The position numbers were made by a program, and so were the translations under genes. The notes under the pieces are model-generated. The model had not been told where the DNA came from. It ran no database searches and worked only from the letters and a program-made list of their open reading frames with translations. A stretch of DNA of 64,000 nt, taken from an uncultured Chloroflexia bacterium. Lineage in GTDB: Bacteria > Chloroflexota > Anaerolineae > Anaerolineales > UBA11858. Positions 10,297-20,008 of the stretch are shown piece by piece; position 1 is the stretch's first letter; each line of letters starts with the position of its first letter. The DNA lies in assembly GCA_963712165.1 (NCBI GenBank), contig CAVQGY010000002.1, positions 1,094,611-1,158,610 on the forward strand, given 5' to 3'.

Positions 10297-11592
10297 TTAA
10301 GCTTCCTGGACTGCAAGGGCGTCTGCTTCCCGGGCAACCCGGATTCCCTCTTCTTCATCTACGCGAGTCAGCATTAAGCCGCCAGCGATGAAGAATATTA
10401 TCAGGGAAATAATGCCCAATCGGCTATTGCCGAACAGCTGACTGACCAGGCCGAAGACTAGCGGGCCAAAGATGCCGGCAAATTTTCCGCTGACGCTGAA
10501 GAAGCTGAAGAATTCCGCAGACTGGGCTTTGGGTACCATGCGTCCATAGAGGGACCGGCTTAATGCCTGGGCGCCGCCCTGGACCATCGCTACTGCAAAA
10601 CCCAGGATCAGGAAATGAGTGGCATTGCTCAAAAAATAACCGCCGATGGAAATTGCTGTATATACACCGAGGCTGAGGTAAATGGATTTTTTGGTGCCGA
10701 TTTTCTTTGCCAGCCAGCCAAATGCAAATGAGAAGGGGATGCCCACAAATTGAACGATAAGCAAAACCATGATCAGGGATGTGTCATCAATCCCAATTTC
10801 GTCGCCATAGGTTGTGGCCATCTTGATGATCGTGCCTATTCCATCATTATAGAGCCAGAAGGCGACCAGGAATTTGAACAGATCTCCATACTTCCTGACC
10901 TCTTTAAAGGTTTCAACCAACCTGGAGAAACCTGCCTTGACGGGATTTTTATCGATCTCGCCCTCGTAGACTTGGCGGGGAGGTTCCGGCACGTTCCTCC
11001 ACAGCGGAATGGTAAAGAGGAGCCACCAGACAGCAACACTGGCCAATGAGATCCTGGTCATCAATACTGTCAGGTTGTCTGGAGCAAACATGATCATGGC
11101 CAGGTTGACTGCCAGCAATATTCCGCCACCCAGGTATCCCATCGCATATCCGCGGGTTGAGACCTGGTCTATATCGTTCTTTTTGGCGATGTGGGGAAGG
11201 AGGGAATCATAAAAGATATTGGCGCCTGCAAAACCGATATTGCCCAGAATGAACAGGGTCGAAGCCAATAACCAGTCACCTGTGGTGAGGAAGAACATGA
11301 AGGCTGTGGCAACAATACCGAGGAGGGCAAAGATGGTCAGAAAACGCTTTTTCTGACCTCTGAAATCAGCCATGGCTCCCAGAATGGGACTGACAAGAGC
11401 GATCAATAATAAAGCGATCGAATTAGTATACGCCCAGTATGATGTGACCTGGTTGCCAGTCAAAGTTGATTCTGCGATGGTCCTGTAGTAGATCGGCAGG
11501 ACTGCCGCCATAATAGTGGTCGCAAATGCTGAATTTGCCCAATCATACATCGACCAGGAATTGATGATCTTCTTGTAATTCTTTTCTTCCAT
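10297..11592 (-). CDS. MFS transporter (UMF1/Atg22-like type)
   Basis: 431 aa, about 12 TM helices. N-terminus SWSMYDWANSAFATTIMAAVLPIYY is typical of the UMF1 family. GGAGGAAATC precedes the ATG. Confidence 0.85.
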   Translation of the reverse strand: MEEKNYKKIINSWSMYDWANSAFATTIMAAVLPIYYRTIAESTLTGNQVTSYWAYTNSIALLLIALVSPILGAMADFRGQKKRFLTIFALLGIVATAFMFFLTTGDWLLASTLFILGNIGFAGANIFYDSLLPHIAKKNDIDQVSTRGYAMGYLGGGILLAVNLAMIMFAPDNLTVLMTRISLASVAVWWLLFTIPLWRNVPEPPRQVYEGEIDKNPVKAGFSRLVETFKEVRKYGDLFKFLVAFWLYNDGIGTIIKMATTYGDEIGIDDTSLIMVLLIVQFVGIPFSFAFGWLAKKIGTKKSIYLSLGVYTAISIGGYFLSNATHFLILGFAVAMVQGGAQALSRSLYGRMVPKAQSAEFFSFFSVSGKFAGIFGPLVFGLVSQLFGNSRLGIISLIIFFIAGGLMLTRVDEEEGIRVAREADALAVQEA

Positions 11593-11747
11593 GATTTCCT
11601 CCGGGAGTGGATTGGTTTGGTCATTCTATTATACGATAGAACAATTGCCTTCCAAGATAGTTACAGGCAGCTGCCAGTAAAGCAGCTGGATCATCCTGGT
11701 TGATTATTTGAATCTTATTAAGGATTGGCCCTGGATAGCAGGCCGAG

Positions 11748-11776
11748 TTGACGAGGTGCTAAGGTCGTGCTATGAT
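11748..11776 (+). promoter_or_regulatory. candidate sigma-70-type promoter for the PIN/TRAM-cysS-rlmB operon
   Basis: TTGACG (11748-11753), 17-nt spacer, TGcTATGAT with TATGAT at 11771-11776 (extended -10). Confidence 0.4.
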
Positions 11777-12000
11777 ATTTTTGGACTTATTGATATTATT
11801 CTGGCTCCGCCAAACGTTTTTAGGACTTATTTTGCCATTATTTTCTTATTATCTGCAGGACAGATCGACGAATAGATTATAAGGATATCTCGTACAGGCA
11901 GTTTAATTCCTATTTGGCAACTTAATATCTCTTTTGATCGAGATTAGAGATGGCGGGCACAGAATATTTGTGGCCGCTATTTTTTCTTATTCTGGAGGGC

Positions 12001-13056
12001 ATGATGAGTTTTGATTTTATTTCACGGATCATTGGCATGGTCGTATTTGGTTTATTGGGGGGATATTTCGGGGAAACCTTCGCGGGCTTCACAGATATCT
12101 CACTCCAGGAGGGCACGGTCATCTTGGGATTGGTTGGCTCACTGTTTGGACTGGTGGTCACTCCTTTGATAACGACTCGTCCGGTCGCCTCCCTGCGCAA
12201 TCTGCTCAACCAGCTGGATGCCAGGACTTTGGGTGCTGGGATGATGGGGCTTTTTGTTGGGTTGATCATAGCCGCACTGCTGGCCATCCCCCTTTCAAGG
12301 CTGCCATCTTTCCTGGGTCAGTTCTTCCCTTTCATCGGCGTAATCCTTTTCAGTTATATAGGAGTAGCGGTATTCATATCCCGCAGGAATGATATCTTCT
12401 CGATTTTCGGCGGGAGGGTGTTCCCCTTATCTGAAAGGGGGGGCAAGGGGAGTGAAATGGAGCGGGTCATCCTGGTGGACACAAGCGTGATCATTGACGG
12501 CAGGATTTCGGATATCGCTCAGACCGGGTTCCTGGTGGGAGAACTGCTCATCCCCCGTTTTGTGCTCGACGAGCTTCAACATATTGCTGATTCGGCAGAC
12601 GCGCTGCGGCGCCAGCGGGGAAGGCGGGGAATGGAGATCCTGGCTGAACTTCAGGAATCCAAGACTATCCCCGTCAGGATCAGTGATATCGATGTGGAAG
12701 GCACCCGGGAAGTAGATAGTAAATTAGTCATCCTGGCCCGTCAGCTGAACAGTCCTATTCTTACTAATGACTACAACCTTAATCGAGTTGCGGAAATCCA
12801 GGGAGTGCCGGTCTTGAACATCAATGAACTTGCCAACTCTGTCAAAGCCGTCTTGCTTCCGGGAGAAACTGTTGAAGTTAAGATCATCCAGGAAGGAAAG
12901 GAAAGAGGACAGGGTGTTGGTTATCTTTCTGATGGCACAATGGTCGTGGTTGAAGAAGGAAAAGATCGCATGAATGAAGATATTACATCCACCGTCACCA
13001 AGGTGCTCCAAACGGCGGCAGGCAGGATGATCTTTGCTAAACCTGATGATATCTAA
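12001..13056 (+). CDS. membrane-anchored PIN-domain / TRAM-domain protein (YacL-like)
   Basis: N-terminal TM helices, a PIN core (ILVDTSVIIDGRI..., LILTNDYNL) and a C-terminal TRAM (GETVEVKIIQEGKERGQGVGYLSDGTMVVVEEG). ATG 12001 is preferred over the upstream start at 11950. Confidence 0.85.
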   Translation: MMSFDFISRIIGMVVFGLLGGYFGETFAGFTDISLQEGTVILGLVGSLFGLVVTPLITTRPVASLRNLLNQLDARTLGAGMMGLFVGLIIAALLAIPLSRLPSFLGQFFPFIGVILFSYIGVAVFISRRNDIFSIFGGRVFPLSERGGKGSEMERVILVDTSVIIDGRISDIAQTGFLVGELLIPRFVLDELQHIADSADALRRQRGRRGMEILAELQESKTIPVRISDIDVEGTREVDSKLVILARQLNSPILTNDYNLNRVAEIQGVPVLNINELANSVKAVLLPGETVEVKIIQEGKERGQGVGYLSDGTMVVVEEGKDRMNEDITSTVTKVLQTAAGRMIFAKPDDI

Positions 13057-13074
13057 CCGCGGGAAGAAGGAATT

Positions 13075-14463
13075 ATGAGCATCAAAGTCTATAACACTTT
13101 ATCAAGGACAAAAGAGGAATTCAAAACCCTGGAGCCCGGCAAGGTGTCCATGTATGTTTGCGGCCCTACAGTGTATGACAAGGCCCATGTGGGACATGCC
13201 ATGTCTGCCCTGGTCTTTGATGTGATCCGCCGCTACCTGGAATACCGAGGTTATGAAGTCCATCATGTGACCAATTACACGGATGTGGATGACAGGATCA
13301 TCCAGCGAGCAGCGGTGGAGGGGGTGGAATCCATCGAGGTAGCAGAACGCTATATCAAGGAGTACGACCGCCACTTGAAGGACCTCAACATCCTGCCAGC
13401 CAGCAAATACCCCCGCGCTACTGATGAGATCAATAATATCGTGGAAAGCGTGGCGGACCTGGTGGATAAAGGTTTCGCTTATCCAGTTGACGGGGATGTT
13501 TACTACCGGGTCAGGAGCTTCCCTGATTATGGCAAACTATCCGGAAGAAAACTGGAAGATATGGAAGCTGGTTTCAGGATCGACGTTGATGACCGCAAAG
13601 AACATCCTCTGGATTTTGCCCTCTGGAAAGCCGCCAAGCCAAATGAACCCAGCTGGCCAAGCCCCTGGGGCCCCGGCCGACCTGGGTGGCATATTGAATG
13701 TTCTGTGATGAGCCATTCCTGCCTTGGTGAGCAGATCGATATTCACGGCGGCGGAAATGACCTGGTTTTCCCACACCACGAGAACGAGATCGCCCAGAGC
13801 GAAGCTATGCATGGTGTACAATTCGCCACCTACTGGATGCATAACGGCATGATGCAGCTTTCCGGCGCCAAGATGTCCAAGTCGATTGGCAACCTGGTCA
13901 CCATTGACAGCTTTTTGGAAGAGTATGAGGCCAATGTCATGCGGATGATGGTCATTAATTCCAGCTACAGGGGACCACTTACTTTTAATGAAGAGACCAT
14001 TGATCATGCTGTGAAGGCGCTCAAACGGTTGCGCTCGGCTCTGAAACCCGCCCTACCTCAGGAAGGTTGGGATAAAGACAGGCTGGTGAACAGCGCCGCG
14101 AAGGTGAAGGAGCATTTTCAAAAGGCCATGGATGACGATTTTAATACTGCCGGCGCTTTGGGACATATCTTCGACTACGTCAAAGAGATCAATCAGGCCC
14201 GAGATGAGGGTGCGGATCAGGAAGCCCTTGACGCAGCCCAAACAGTTTTGAAGGAACTTACCAGTGTGCTGGGTCTGGACCTGGAACTGCCAGAAGTCCA
14301 GGAAGGCGCAGCGGGGGAGTTTATTGATCTATTGATCGAGATTCGGGCCAAGCTCAGGGAGGAGAAAAACTGGGATTTATCAGACTTGATCCGGGATCAA
14401 CTTGAAGAACTTGGTGTGCTGCTTGAGGATAATTCCCAGGGCACAACCTGGCATTGGAAATGA
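13075..14463 (+). CDS. cysS: cysteine--tRNA ligase
   Basis: HIGH motif (PTVYDKAHVGHA), KMSKS motif (GAKMSKSIGN) and WPSPWG.GRPGWHIECS. Confidence 0.95.
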   Translation: MSIKVYNTLSRTKEEFKTLEPGKVSMYVCGPTVYDKAHVGHAMSALVFDVIRRYLEYRGYEVHHVTNYTDVDDRIIQRAAVEGVESIEVAERYIKEYDRHLKDLNILPASKYPRATDEINNIVESVADLVDKGFAYPVDGDVYYRVRSFPDYGKLSGRKLEDMEAGFRIDVDDRKEHPLDFALWKAAKPNEPSWPSPWGPGRPGWHIECSVMSHSCLGEQIDIHGGGNDLVFPHHENEIAQSEAMHGVQFATYWMHNGMMQLSGAKMSKSIGNLVTIDSFLEEYEANVMRMMVINSSYRGPLTFNEETIDHAVKALKRLRSALKPALPQEGWDKDRLVNSAAKVKEHFQKAMDDDFNTAGALGHIFDYVKEINQARDEGADQEALDAAQTVLKELTSVLGLDLELPEVQEGAAGEFIDLLIEIRAKLREEKNWDLSDLIRDQLEELGVLLEDNSQGTTWHWK

Positions 14464-14509
14464 GGTCGCCCTTACGATTGGCGGGTCAGATAGGTTCTCC
14501 CAGGAAGAT

Positions 14510-15262
14510 ATGATAAAAGAATGGATTTGGGGAAGGAATCCGGTCTGGGAGGTAATTCGGGCTGGTAAGCGGAAAACCTTTCAGCTGCGGATTGCCCGTG
14601 GTGTGAAGGTGGAAGGACGCCTGGAAGAGATCCTGAACCTTTCCCAGAAAAGATCCATCCCTGTATCGGAAGTCCCCAAGGAAATGCTTGATGGGATCAG
14701 CAGCCATCATCAGGGAATCGCCCTGCAGGTTAGTGAGTACCCCTATGCCGGGTTGGACGAAGTTCTCCTTGAAGCCAAAAACAGGGATGAACCTCCCCTG
14801 GTCCTATTGCTCGACACATTGAAAGATCCTCAAAATCTGGGCAGCCTGATTCGCACTGCGGAGCTGATTGGCGTTCATGGAGTTGTGCTGCCATTCAGAA
14901 GGACGGCAACCGTTACGCCGGCCGTGGTCAGCGCATCCTCCGGGGCGTGTGAACATCTCCCTATTGTCCAGGCAAATCTGGCTCAGACTATCAACCTTCT
15001 CAAGGAACAGGGGTTGTGGGTTGTGGGTTTGGAGGGTGGCCCGGAAGCCCAACCTCCCGGGCAGATAAACCTGGATGGGCCCCTGGCTGTGGTAGTAGGA
15101 AGCGAGGCGGAAGGTATGCGGGGACTGGTAAGATCTTCCTGTGATTTTCTGCTGCGGCTTCCCATGCGAGGGCAAATTGATTCCCTGAATGCAGCAGTAG
15201 CAGGCTCGGTGGCCCTCTATTTAGTCTGGCAAGCGAGGGGTTTTCATGGGGCTCGAGACTAA
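14510..15262 (+). CDS. rlmB: 23S rRNA (guanosine-2'-O)-methyltransferase RlmB / TrmH-family group 3
   Basis: SpoU substrate-binding N-terminus (WIWGRNPVWEVIRAG) and SPOUT motifs (LDTLKDPQNLGSLIRTA, VVGSEAEGMR, IPM.G.IDSLNAAVA). ATG 14510 is chosen so the gene does not overlap cysS. Confidence 0.85.
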   Translation: MIKEWIWGRNPVWEVIRAGKRKTFQLRIARGVKVEGRLEEILNLSQKRSIPVSEVPKEMLDGISSHHQGIALQVSEYPYAGLDEVLLEAKNRDEPPLVLLLDTLKDPQNLGSLIRTAELIGVHGVVLPFRRTATVTPAVVSASSGACEHLPIVQANLAQTINLLKEQGLWVVGLEGGPEAQPPGQINLDGPLAVVVGSEAEGMRGLVRSSCDFLLRLPMRGQIDSLNAAVAGSVALYLVWQARGFHGARD

Positions 15263-15331
15263 CTGAACCCATTGACTGTAATCATGATAACTGATAAACT
15301 TTTGCTCTGTCGATGTGACCCGACTGTGCAC

Positions 15332-15360
15332 TTGCCTCGTATATTTCCATCTGATATAAT
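15332..15360 (+). promoter_or_regulatory. candidate promoter for the tRNA-tuf transcription unit
   Basis: TTGCCT (15332-15337), 17-nt spacer, TATAAT (15355-15360), 35 nt upstream of the first tRNA. Confidence 0.45.
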
Positions 15361-15394
15361 GCCTTGGCTGGCAAGAGCAGATGATGGCAACTGC

Positions 15395-15467
15395 GCCGAC
15401 GTAGCTCAATCGGTAGAGCAGTCGCTTTGTAAGCGACCGGTCATGGGTTCGAGTCCCATCGTCGGCT
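15395..15467 (+). tRNA. tRNA-Thr (anticodon UGU)
   Basis: Hand-folded cloverleaf. Acceptor GCCGACG/CGTCGGC, anticodon stem GTCGC/GCGAC, loop TTTGTAA, T-loop TTCGAGT. 73 nt, no encoded CCA. Confidence 0.9.
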
Positions 15468-15506
15468 CCTGGAATTGCGTTCACGCAGTTCACAACAAAA
15501 TAATCC

Positions 15507-15589
15507 GGGCGGATACCGAAGTGGCCAAACGGGGCTGACTGTAAATCAGCTGGCAAACGCCTACGGAGGTTCGAATCCTTCTCCGCCCA
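15507..15589 (+). tRNA. tRNA-Tyr (anticodon GUA), long variable arm
   Basis: Acceptor GGGCGGA/TCCGCCC, anticodon stem GCTGA/TCAGC, loop CTGTAAA, T-loop TTCGAAT. Confidence 0.9.
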
Positions 15590-15650
15590 CCTGGACTAAG
15601 AGCTGCAGGAGTTCTTAACTTCTGACAGCTTCTAGTTATGTAAAATGCCA

Positions 15651-15722
15651 GCCCTCGTAGCTCAGGGGTAGAGCGCATTCTTGGTAAGAATGAGGTCATG
15701 GGTTCAATTCCCATCGGGGGCT
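15651..15722 (+). tRNA. tRNA-Thr (anticodon GGU)
   Basis: Acceptor GCCCTCG/CGGGGGC (one G-U pair), anticodon stem CATTC/GAATG, loop TTGGTAA, T-loop TTCAATT. Confidence 0.9.
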
Positions 15723-15774
15723 CTGGTAACAGTGATTTTGCGTTTTAGGACTTGTAGCTTTAAGGAGAAGAATT

Positions 15775-16977
15775 ATGGCGAAAGAGAAATTTGAACGAAA
15801 CAAACCGCACCTGAATGTGGGAACGATGGGACACATCGACCATGGGAAGACCACCTTGACAGCGGCGATCACAAAAGTGGCGGCGATGCAGGGATTCGGA
15901 GAATTTGTGGCCTTCGACCAGATCGACAAAGCCCCGGAAGAAAAAGAGCGAGGGATCACGATCAGCATCTCGCACGTGGAATACGAGACCGAGAAGAGGC
16001 ACTATGCGCACGTGGACATGCCGGGACACCGGGACTACATCAAGAACATGATCACGGGAGCAGCCCAGGTAGATGGGGCGATCCTGGTAGTGGCGGCATC
16101 AGATGGGCCGATGCCGCAGACCCGGGAACACCTGCTGCTGGCGAGACAGGTGGAAGTGCCGAGCGTGGTGGTGTACCTGAACAAGGTAGACCAGATGGAC
16201 GATCCGGAACTGCTGGAGCTGGTGGAGCTGGAACTGCGGGAGCTGTTGAACGAGTACGGCTTCCCGGGAGACGAGACACCGATCGTGAAGGGCAGTGCCC
16301 TGCATGCCTTGGAGAGCACCAGTGAAGACGTGGAAGCGCCGGAATACGAGAGTGTCCGAGAGCTGCTGCGAGTGGTGGATGAGTACATCCCAGAGCCTCC
16401 GCGCGAGGTAGACAAACCGTTCATGATGCCGGTGGAAGATGTGTTCACGATCAAGGGGCGGGGCACGGTAGTGACGGGCAGGATCGAGAGAGGCAGGATC
16501 CACACAGGAGACCCGGTAGAGATCGTAGGATTGCAGGACAAGGTGATGGACACCGTGGTGACGGGCGTGGAAATGTTCCACAAGATCCTGGACGATGGCC
16601 AGGCAGGAGACAATGTAGGTCTGCTGCTGAGAGGCGTGGACCGGGACCAGGTGGAGCGCGGAATGGTGATCGCCAAACCGAAGAGCATCCAGCCGCACAC
16701 CAAATTCAACGCTGAGGTCGTGGTATTGAAACCGGAAGAAGGTGGACGGCACAAACCGTTCTTCTCCGGGTACCGGCCGCAGTTCTATATCAAGACCATT
16801 GACGTGACAGGAGCGATCACCCTGCCGGAAGGTGTGGAGATGGTCATGCCAGGCGACAACGTGAATATGCAGGTGGAACTGATCGTTCCTATCGCGTTGG
16901 AGCAGGGTGGTAAATTCGCTATTCGCGAAGGTGGCTTGACGGTTGCGTCCGGCGTGGTCACCGAGATACTCGAGTAG
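15775..16977 (+). CDS. tuf: elongation factor Tu
   Basis: [52 protein letters not shown] precedes the ATG. Confidence 0.98.
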   Translation: MAKEKFERNKPHLNVGTMGHIDHGKTTLTAAITKVAAMQGFGEFVAFDQIDKAPEEKERGITISISHVEYETEKRHYAHVDMPGHRDYIKNMITGAAQVDGAILVVAASDGPMPQTREHLLLARQVEVPSVVVYLNKVDQMDDPELLELVELELRELLNEYGFPGDETPIVKGSALHALESTSEDVEAPEYESVRELLRVVDEYIPEPPREVDKPFMMPVEDVFTIKGRGTVVTGRIERGRIHTGDPVEIVGLQDKVMDTVVTGVEMFHKILDDGQAGDNVGLLLRGVDRDQVERGMVIAKPKSIQPHTKFNAEVVVLKPEEGGRHKPFFSGYRPQFYIKTIDVTGAITLPEGVEMVMPGDNVNMQVELIVPIALEQGGKFAIREGGLTVASGVVTEILE

Positions 16978-17006
16978 GAATTTCCAAGTATTAAAGGTAG
17001 TCATCT

Positions 17007-17174
17007 ATGGCGAGAAAAAAAGGTATCAGACCGGTAATTACCCTGGAGTGCACAGAGTGCAACGAGCGGAATTACACGTCTGAGAAAAATAGAAGAAATG
17101 ACCCGAACCGCCTCGAGCTGAAGAAATTCTGCTCGAGGTGCAGGAAGCACACGCTGCATAGGGAAACAAAGTAA
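17007..17174 (+). CDS. rpmG: 50S ribosomal protein L33
   Basis: Not in the ORF track (55 aa). Translation is [55 protein letters not shown], with the C-x2-C...C-x2-C zinc ribbon. Confidence 0.9.
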   Translation: MARKKGIRPVITLECTECNERNYTSEKNRRNDPNRLELKKFCSRCRKHTLHRETK

Positions 17175-17233
17175 GGACTGTATAGGTGGTCGCCCAGGTC
17201 TGTGACAGGGGCGACCACTCGCTACCCATCTCT

Positions 17234-17306
17234 AGGCCAGTAGCTCAATTGGCAGAGCACCGGTCTCCAAAACCGGGGGTTGTGGGTTCGATTCCTACCT
17301 GGCCTG
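17234..17306 (+). tRNA. tRNA-Trp (anticodon CCA)
   Basis: Acceptor AGGCCAG/CTGGCCT, anticodon stem CCGGT/ACCGG, loop CTCCAAA, T-loop TTCGATT. Confidence 0.9.
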
Positions 17307-17364
17307 CCTATTTCACCAGACGCCGTCTTCGTGGGCGGCGTTTTGACCGTAAAAGGAGTTTGAT

Positions 17365-17571
17365 GTGGCTGCACAAAAAAAGCAAACGCGTGGCATCCGT
17401 AAATTTTATCGGGAGACCATAGCTGAGCTGCGCAAGGTCTCCTGGCCGACCCGCTCAGAAGCGATCAATCTGACCCGAGTTGTGCTTATCGTTATTGTAT
17501 TGATGGGCGCATTCCTGGGTTTTCTGGATTATCTCTTCACACAGCTGTTCGGATTGATCCTGGGCGCTTAA
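17365..17571 (+). CDS. secE: preprotein translocase subunit SecE
   Basis: GTG start after AAGGAG. ...FYRETIAELRKVSWPTRSEAINLTRVVLIVIVLMG. Single TM helix. In the conserved position before nusG. Confidence 0.85.
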   Translation: MAAQKKQTRGIRKFYRETIAELRKVSWPTRSEAINLTRVVLIVIVLMGAFLGFLDYLFTQLFGLILGA

Positions 17572-17603
17572 CAACTACTTGTAATCATCCGGGAAGTAAC
17601 TAT

Positions 17604-18563
17604 ATGGATATTCACGAGAATGAAGAACAACTGGACGAGATCGATCCTGTATCCGAGGACGCTCAGGTGCCAGATGAGAATATGGAAGAAGTACTGGAAG
17701 TCTCCCAGGTAGGGGAAGTGCTCCAGGATGCTCCTCCAGCGGAAATAGCTGAAGAAGAGGAATCTATTGAGGCATCTGAAGATGACCCGGAAGAGGAACC
17801 CATCCTGGAAACTGAGGAGGAGGAATCTATTGAGGACGATGAAGTTGTTCTAGAAGCTGAACTCCCCTTGGAAGTTGAGGAGGATCTATCCTCCCCGGAA
17901 GTTGATGTAGTCATGGAAGAGGAAGCCGTCGAAGAACCTGTTGAGGTTGAACCCGTGCAGGTGCCTCAGCCGGAGAAGATCGCTCCAGACCCCTACGCTT
18001 CGGTTACGATCCAGGAAGATCCGGTGAAGGAACCGGATGATGACCGAGTTTGGTATGTTGTGCATTGTTACTCCGGAAATGAGGACAAGGTGCGTCATAA
18101 TATCATGCAGCGCATCGAGTCCATGAGTATGGATGACTTGATCTTCGATGTAGTGGTACCCACAGAGGATGAGGTAAACATCAAAAATGGTGAAAGGCAG
18201 ACTGTTGAGAAAAAAGTCTTCCCGGGATATATCCTGGTCAATATGATCCTTACTGAAGAATCCTGGTATATGGTTCGCAACACTCCCGGAGTTACCGGTT
18301 TTGTGGGCATGGGCAATGACCCCACGCCACTCCAGCCAGAAGAAGTGGCCCGCATCCTGAAACGCATGGAATCTGAAAGCCCCCGGATCAATGTCACATT
18401 CCGGACTGGAGAACGGGTGCGTATCGTGGATGGGCCTTTTGAGGACTTTTACGGAAGGGTTTCAGAAATCGACATGGACCGGGCGACAGTCCGGGTCATG
18501 GTGAATTTTTTCGGCAGGGAGACCCCAGTGGAACTGGATTTCCTGCAGGTAGAACAAGCATAA
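17604..18563 (+). CDS. nusG: transcription termination/antitermination factor NusG with a ~140-aa acidic N-terminal extension
   Basis: The NGN domain starts at [19 protein letters not shown] motif [22 protein letters not shown]. The preceding ~145 residues are Glu/Asp/Pro/Val-rich low complexity. Confidence 0.9.
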   Translation: MDIHENEEQLDEIDPVSEDAQVPDENMEEVLEVSQVGEVLQDAPPAEIAEEEESIEASEDDPEEEPILETEEEESIEDDEVVLEAELPLEVEEDLSSPEVDVVMEEEAVEEPVEVEPVQVPQPEKIAPDPYASVTIQEDPVKEPDDDRVWYVVHCYSGNEDKVRHNIMQRIESMSMDDLIFDVVVPTEDEVNIKNGERQTVEKKVFPGYILVNMILTEESWYMVRNTPGVTGFVGMGNDPTPLQPEEVARILKRMESESPRINVTFRTGERVRIVDGPFEDFYGRVSEIDMDRATVRVMVNFFGRETPVELDFLQVEQA

Positions 18564-18618
18564 AGTATACATTTTGTGGGAGGAGTATCACTCCGCTAAG
18601 ACCACGAAGGAGAATAAC

Positions 18619-19044
18619 GTGTCTAAAAAAGTAAAAGCAAACGTTCGTTTACAAATAGCAGCCGGAAAGGCAAATCCTGCTCCTCCGATCGGACCGGCCC
18701 TGGCAGCACACGGCATCAACTTGATGGCCTTCTGCAAGGACTATAATGCCCGGACCTCCGACCGCATGGGCGATATCATTCCGGCTGATATCACCATCTA
18801 CGTTGATGGTTCCTACAAGTTCACGCTTCGCACCCAGCCGGCAGCCATCTTGCTGAAGAAAGCAGCCGGAATTGAAAAGGGATCTGCTGTTCCCAATGTG
18901 GAAATCGTTGGTGAGATCACCCGCGAGCAGCTGAGGGAGATTGCCCAGACCAAAATGAGGGACCTCAATGCTGTCGATATTGAAGGTGCCATGCGCCAGA
19001 TCGAAGGCACAGCACGCCAAATGGGAATAAAGATCAAAGATTAA
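18619..19044 (+). CDS. rplK: 50S ribosomal protein L11
   Basis: GTG 18619 after [47 protein letters not shown]. Confidence 0.95.
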   Translation: MSKKVKANVRLQIAAGKANPAPPIGPALAAHGINLMAFCKDYNARTSDRMGDIIPADITIYVDGSYKFTLRTQPAAILLKKAAGIEKGSAVPNVEIVGEITREQLREIAQTKMRDLNAVDIEGAMRQIEGTARQMGIKIKD

Positions 19045-19094
19045 TTTCTGGTGGGAGGATGATAACCATCCGTTAATACCACAAGGAGAATTGA

Positions 19095-19811
19095 ATGGCA
19101 AAACACGGAAAGAAATACAACGAAGCATTTGCAAAAGTTGACCGAGACAACAAATACACCCCCATGGAAGCAGTCAGCTTGGCCAAGGAACTTTCCTATG
19201 CCAAATTTGATGAGACTGTGGAAATTCATGTGCGCCTGGGAGTAGACCCCCGCCATGCAGACCAGATCGTTCGTGATCTGGTCAACCTTCCTCACGGACT
19301 TGGAAAGGAAGTCAAGGTGCTGGTATTCGCTCAAGGTGAGGACGCTCAGCTGGCTCGGGAGGCTGGAGCAGATTACATCGCCGATGGTGATGATATGATC
19401 AACAAGATCGAGGGCGGCTGGTTTGACTTCGATATTGCCATCGCTACACCGAATATGATGGCCAAGGTCGGTAAACTGGGTCCGATCCTCGGACCTCGAG
19501 GCATGATGCCCAATCCTAAAGCCGGCACGATGATTCCCGGTGAGGACCTTCCCCGCGTTATTGAGGAATCCAAAGCTGGCCGGATCGAGTACCGGGTAGA
19601 CAAAACCGCCAATGTTCATGTACCAATTGGAAAAGTATCCTTTTCAGCAGAGCAGTTGCATGATAATATGGGTGCGCTGATGGAGTCACTTGTATCCAAT
19701 CGGCCCGCATCAACCAAAGGACAGTACGTACGGAAAGTTGTTGTGGCAACCAGCATGGGCCCGGGCATTATTGTGGACCCGCTGCTGGCGGCAGAAATGG
19801 AAGGCATATAG
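19095..19811 (+). CDS. rplA: 50S ribosomal protein L1
   Basis: MAKHGKKYNEA...FDETVEIHVRLGVDPRHADQIVR, GPRGMMPNPKAGT. Confidence 0.95.
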   Translation: MAKHGKKYNEAFAKVDRDNKYTPMEAVSLAKELSYAKFDETVEIHVRLGVDPRHADQIVRDLVNLPHGLGKEVKVLVFAQGEDAQLAREAGADYIADGDDMINKIEGGWFDFDIAIATPNMMAKVGKLGPILGPRGMMPNPKAGTMIPGEDLPRVIEESKAGRIEYRVDKTANVHVPIGKVSFSAEQLHDNMGALMESLVSNRPASTKGQYVRKVVVATSMGPGIIVDPLLAAEMEGI

Positions 19812-19828
19812 GCTGGACATTTCCTGAT

Positions 19829-19966
19829 ATTTTGTAAATAACAAAATACTTTGCCAGAGAAAGCTGGTGCTCTTCCGAGAGCTTAATTTCCAGCCCAGGT
19901 AATAAATACTTTATCTTCACGTGTGATAAAAGTCTTTACCTCTCTGGCAGGTAAAGACTTTTTGTT
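19829..19966 (+). promoter_or_regulatory. rplJL (L10) leader with an intrinsic attenuator hairpin
   Basis: 197-nt gap between rplA and rplJ. Hairpin AAAGTCTTTACC (19929-19940) / GGTAAAGACTTT (19950-19961) is followed by a T-rich tract (TTGTT). Upstream TGCCAGAGA (about 19853) is complementary to the hairpin loop and 5' arm (TCTCTGGCA), so an alternative structure is possible. Confidence 0.45.
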
Positions 19967-20008
19967 ATCTAAGCATGACTGAACCCGGTTTGAAGGAGGT
20001 GAAATACT

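Noticed and set aside
15221-15714. ORFs of 74-111 aa overlapping the tRNA-Thr/Tyr/Thr cluster
   Set aside because: They run across or antisense to clean tRNA cloverleaves and so are artefacts.
16035-17004. Long antisense ORFs (239 aa and 301 aa) opposite tuf
   Set aside because: tuf on the plus strand is unambiguous. The antisense translations are low-complexity Ser/Thr/Pro/His-rich, which is the typical product of reading a GC3-biased gene backwards.
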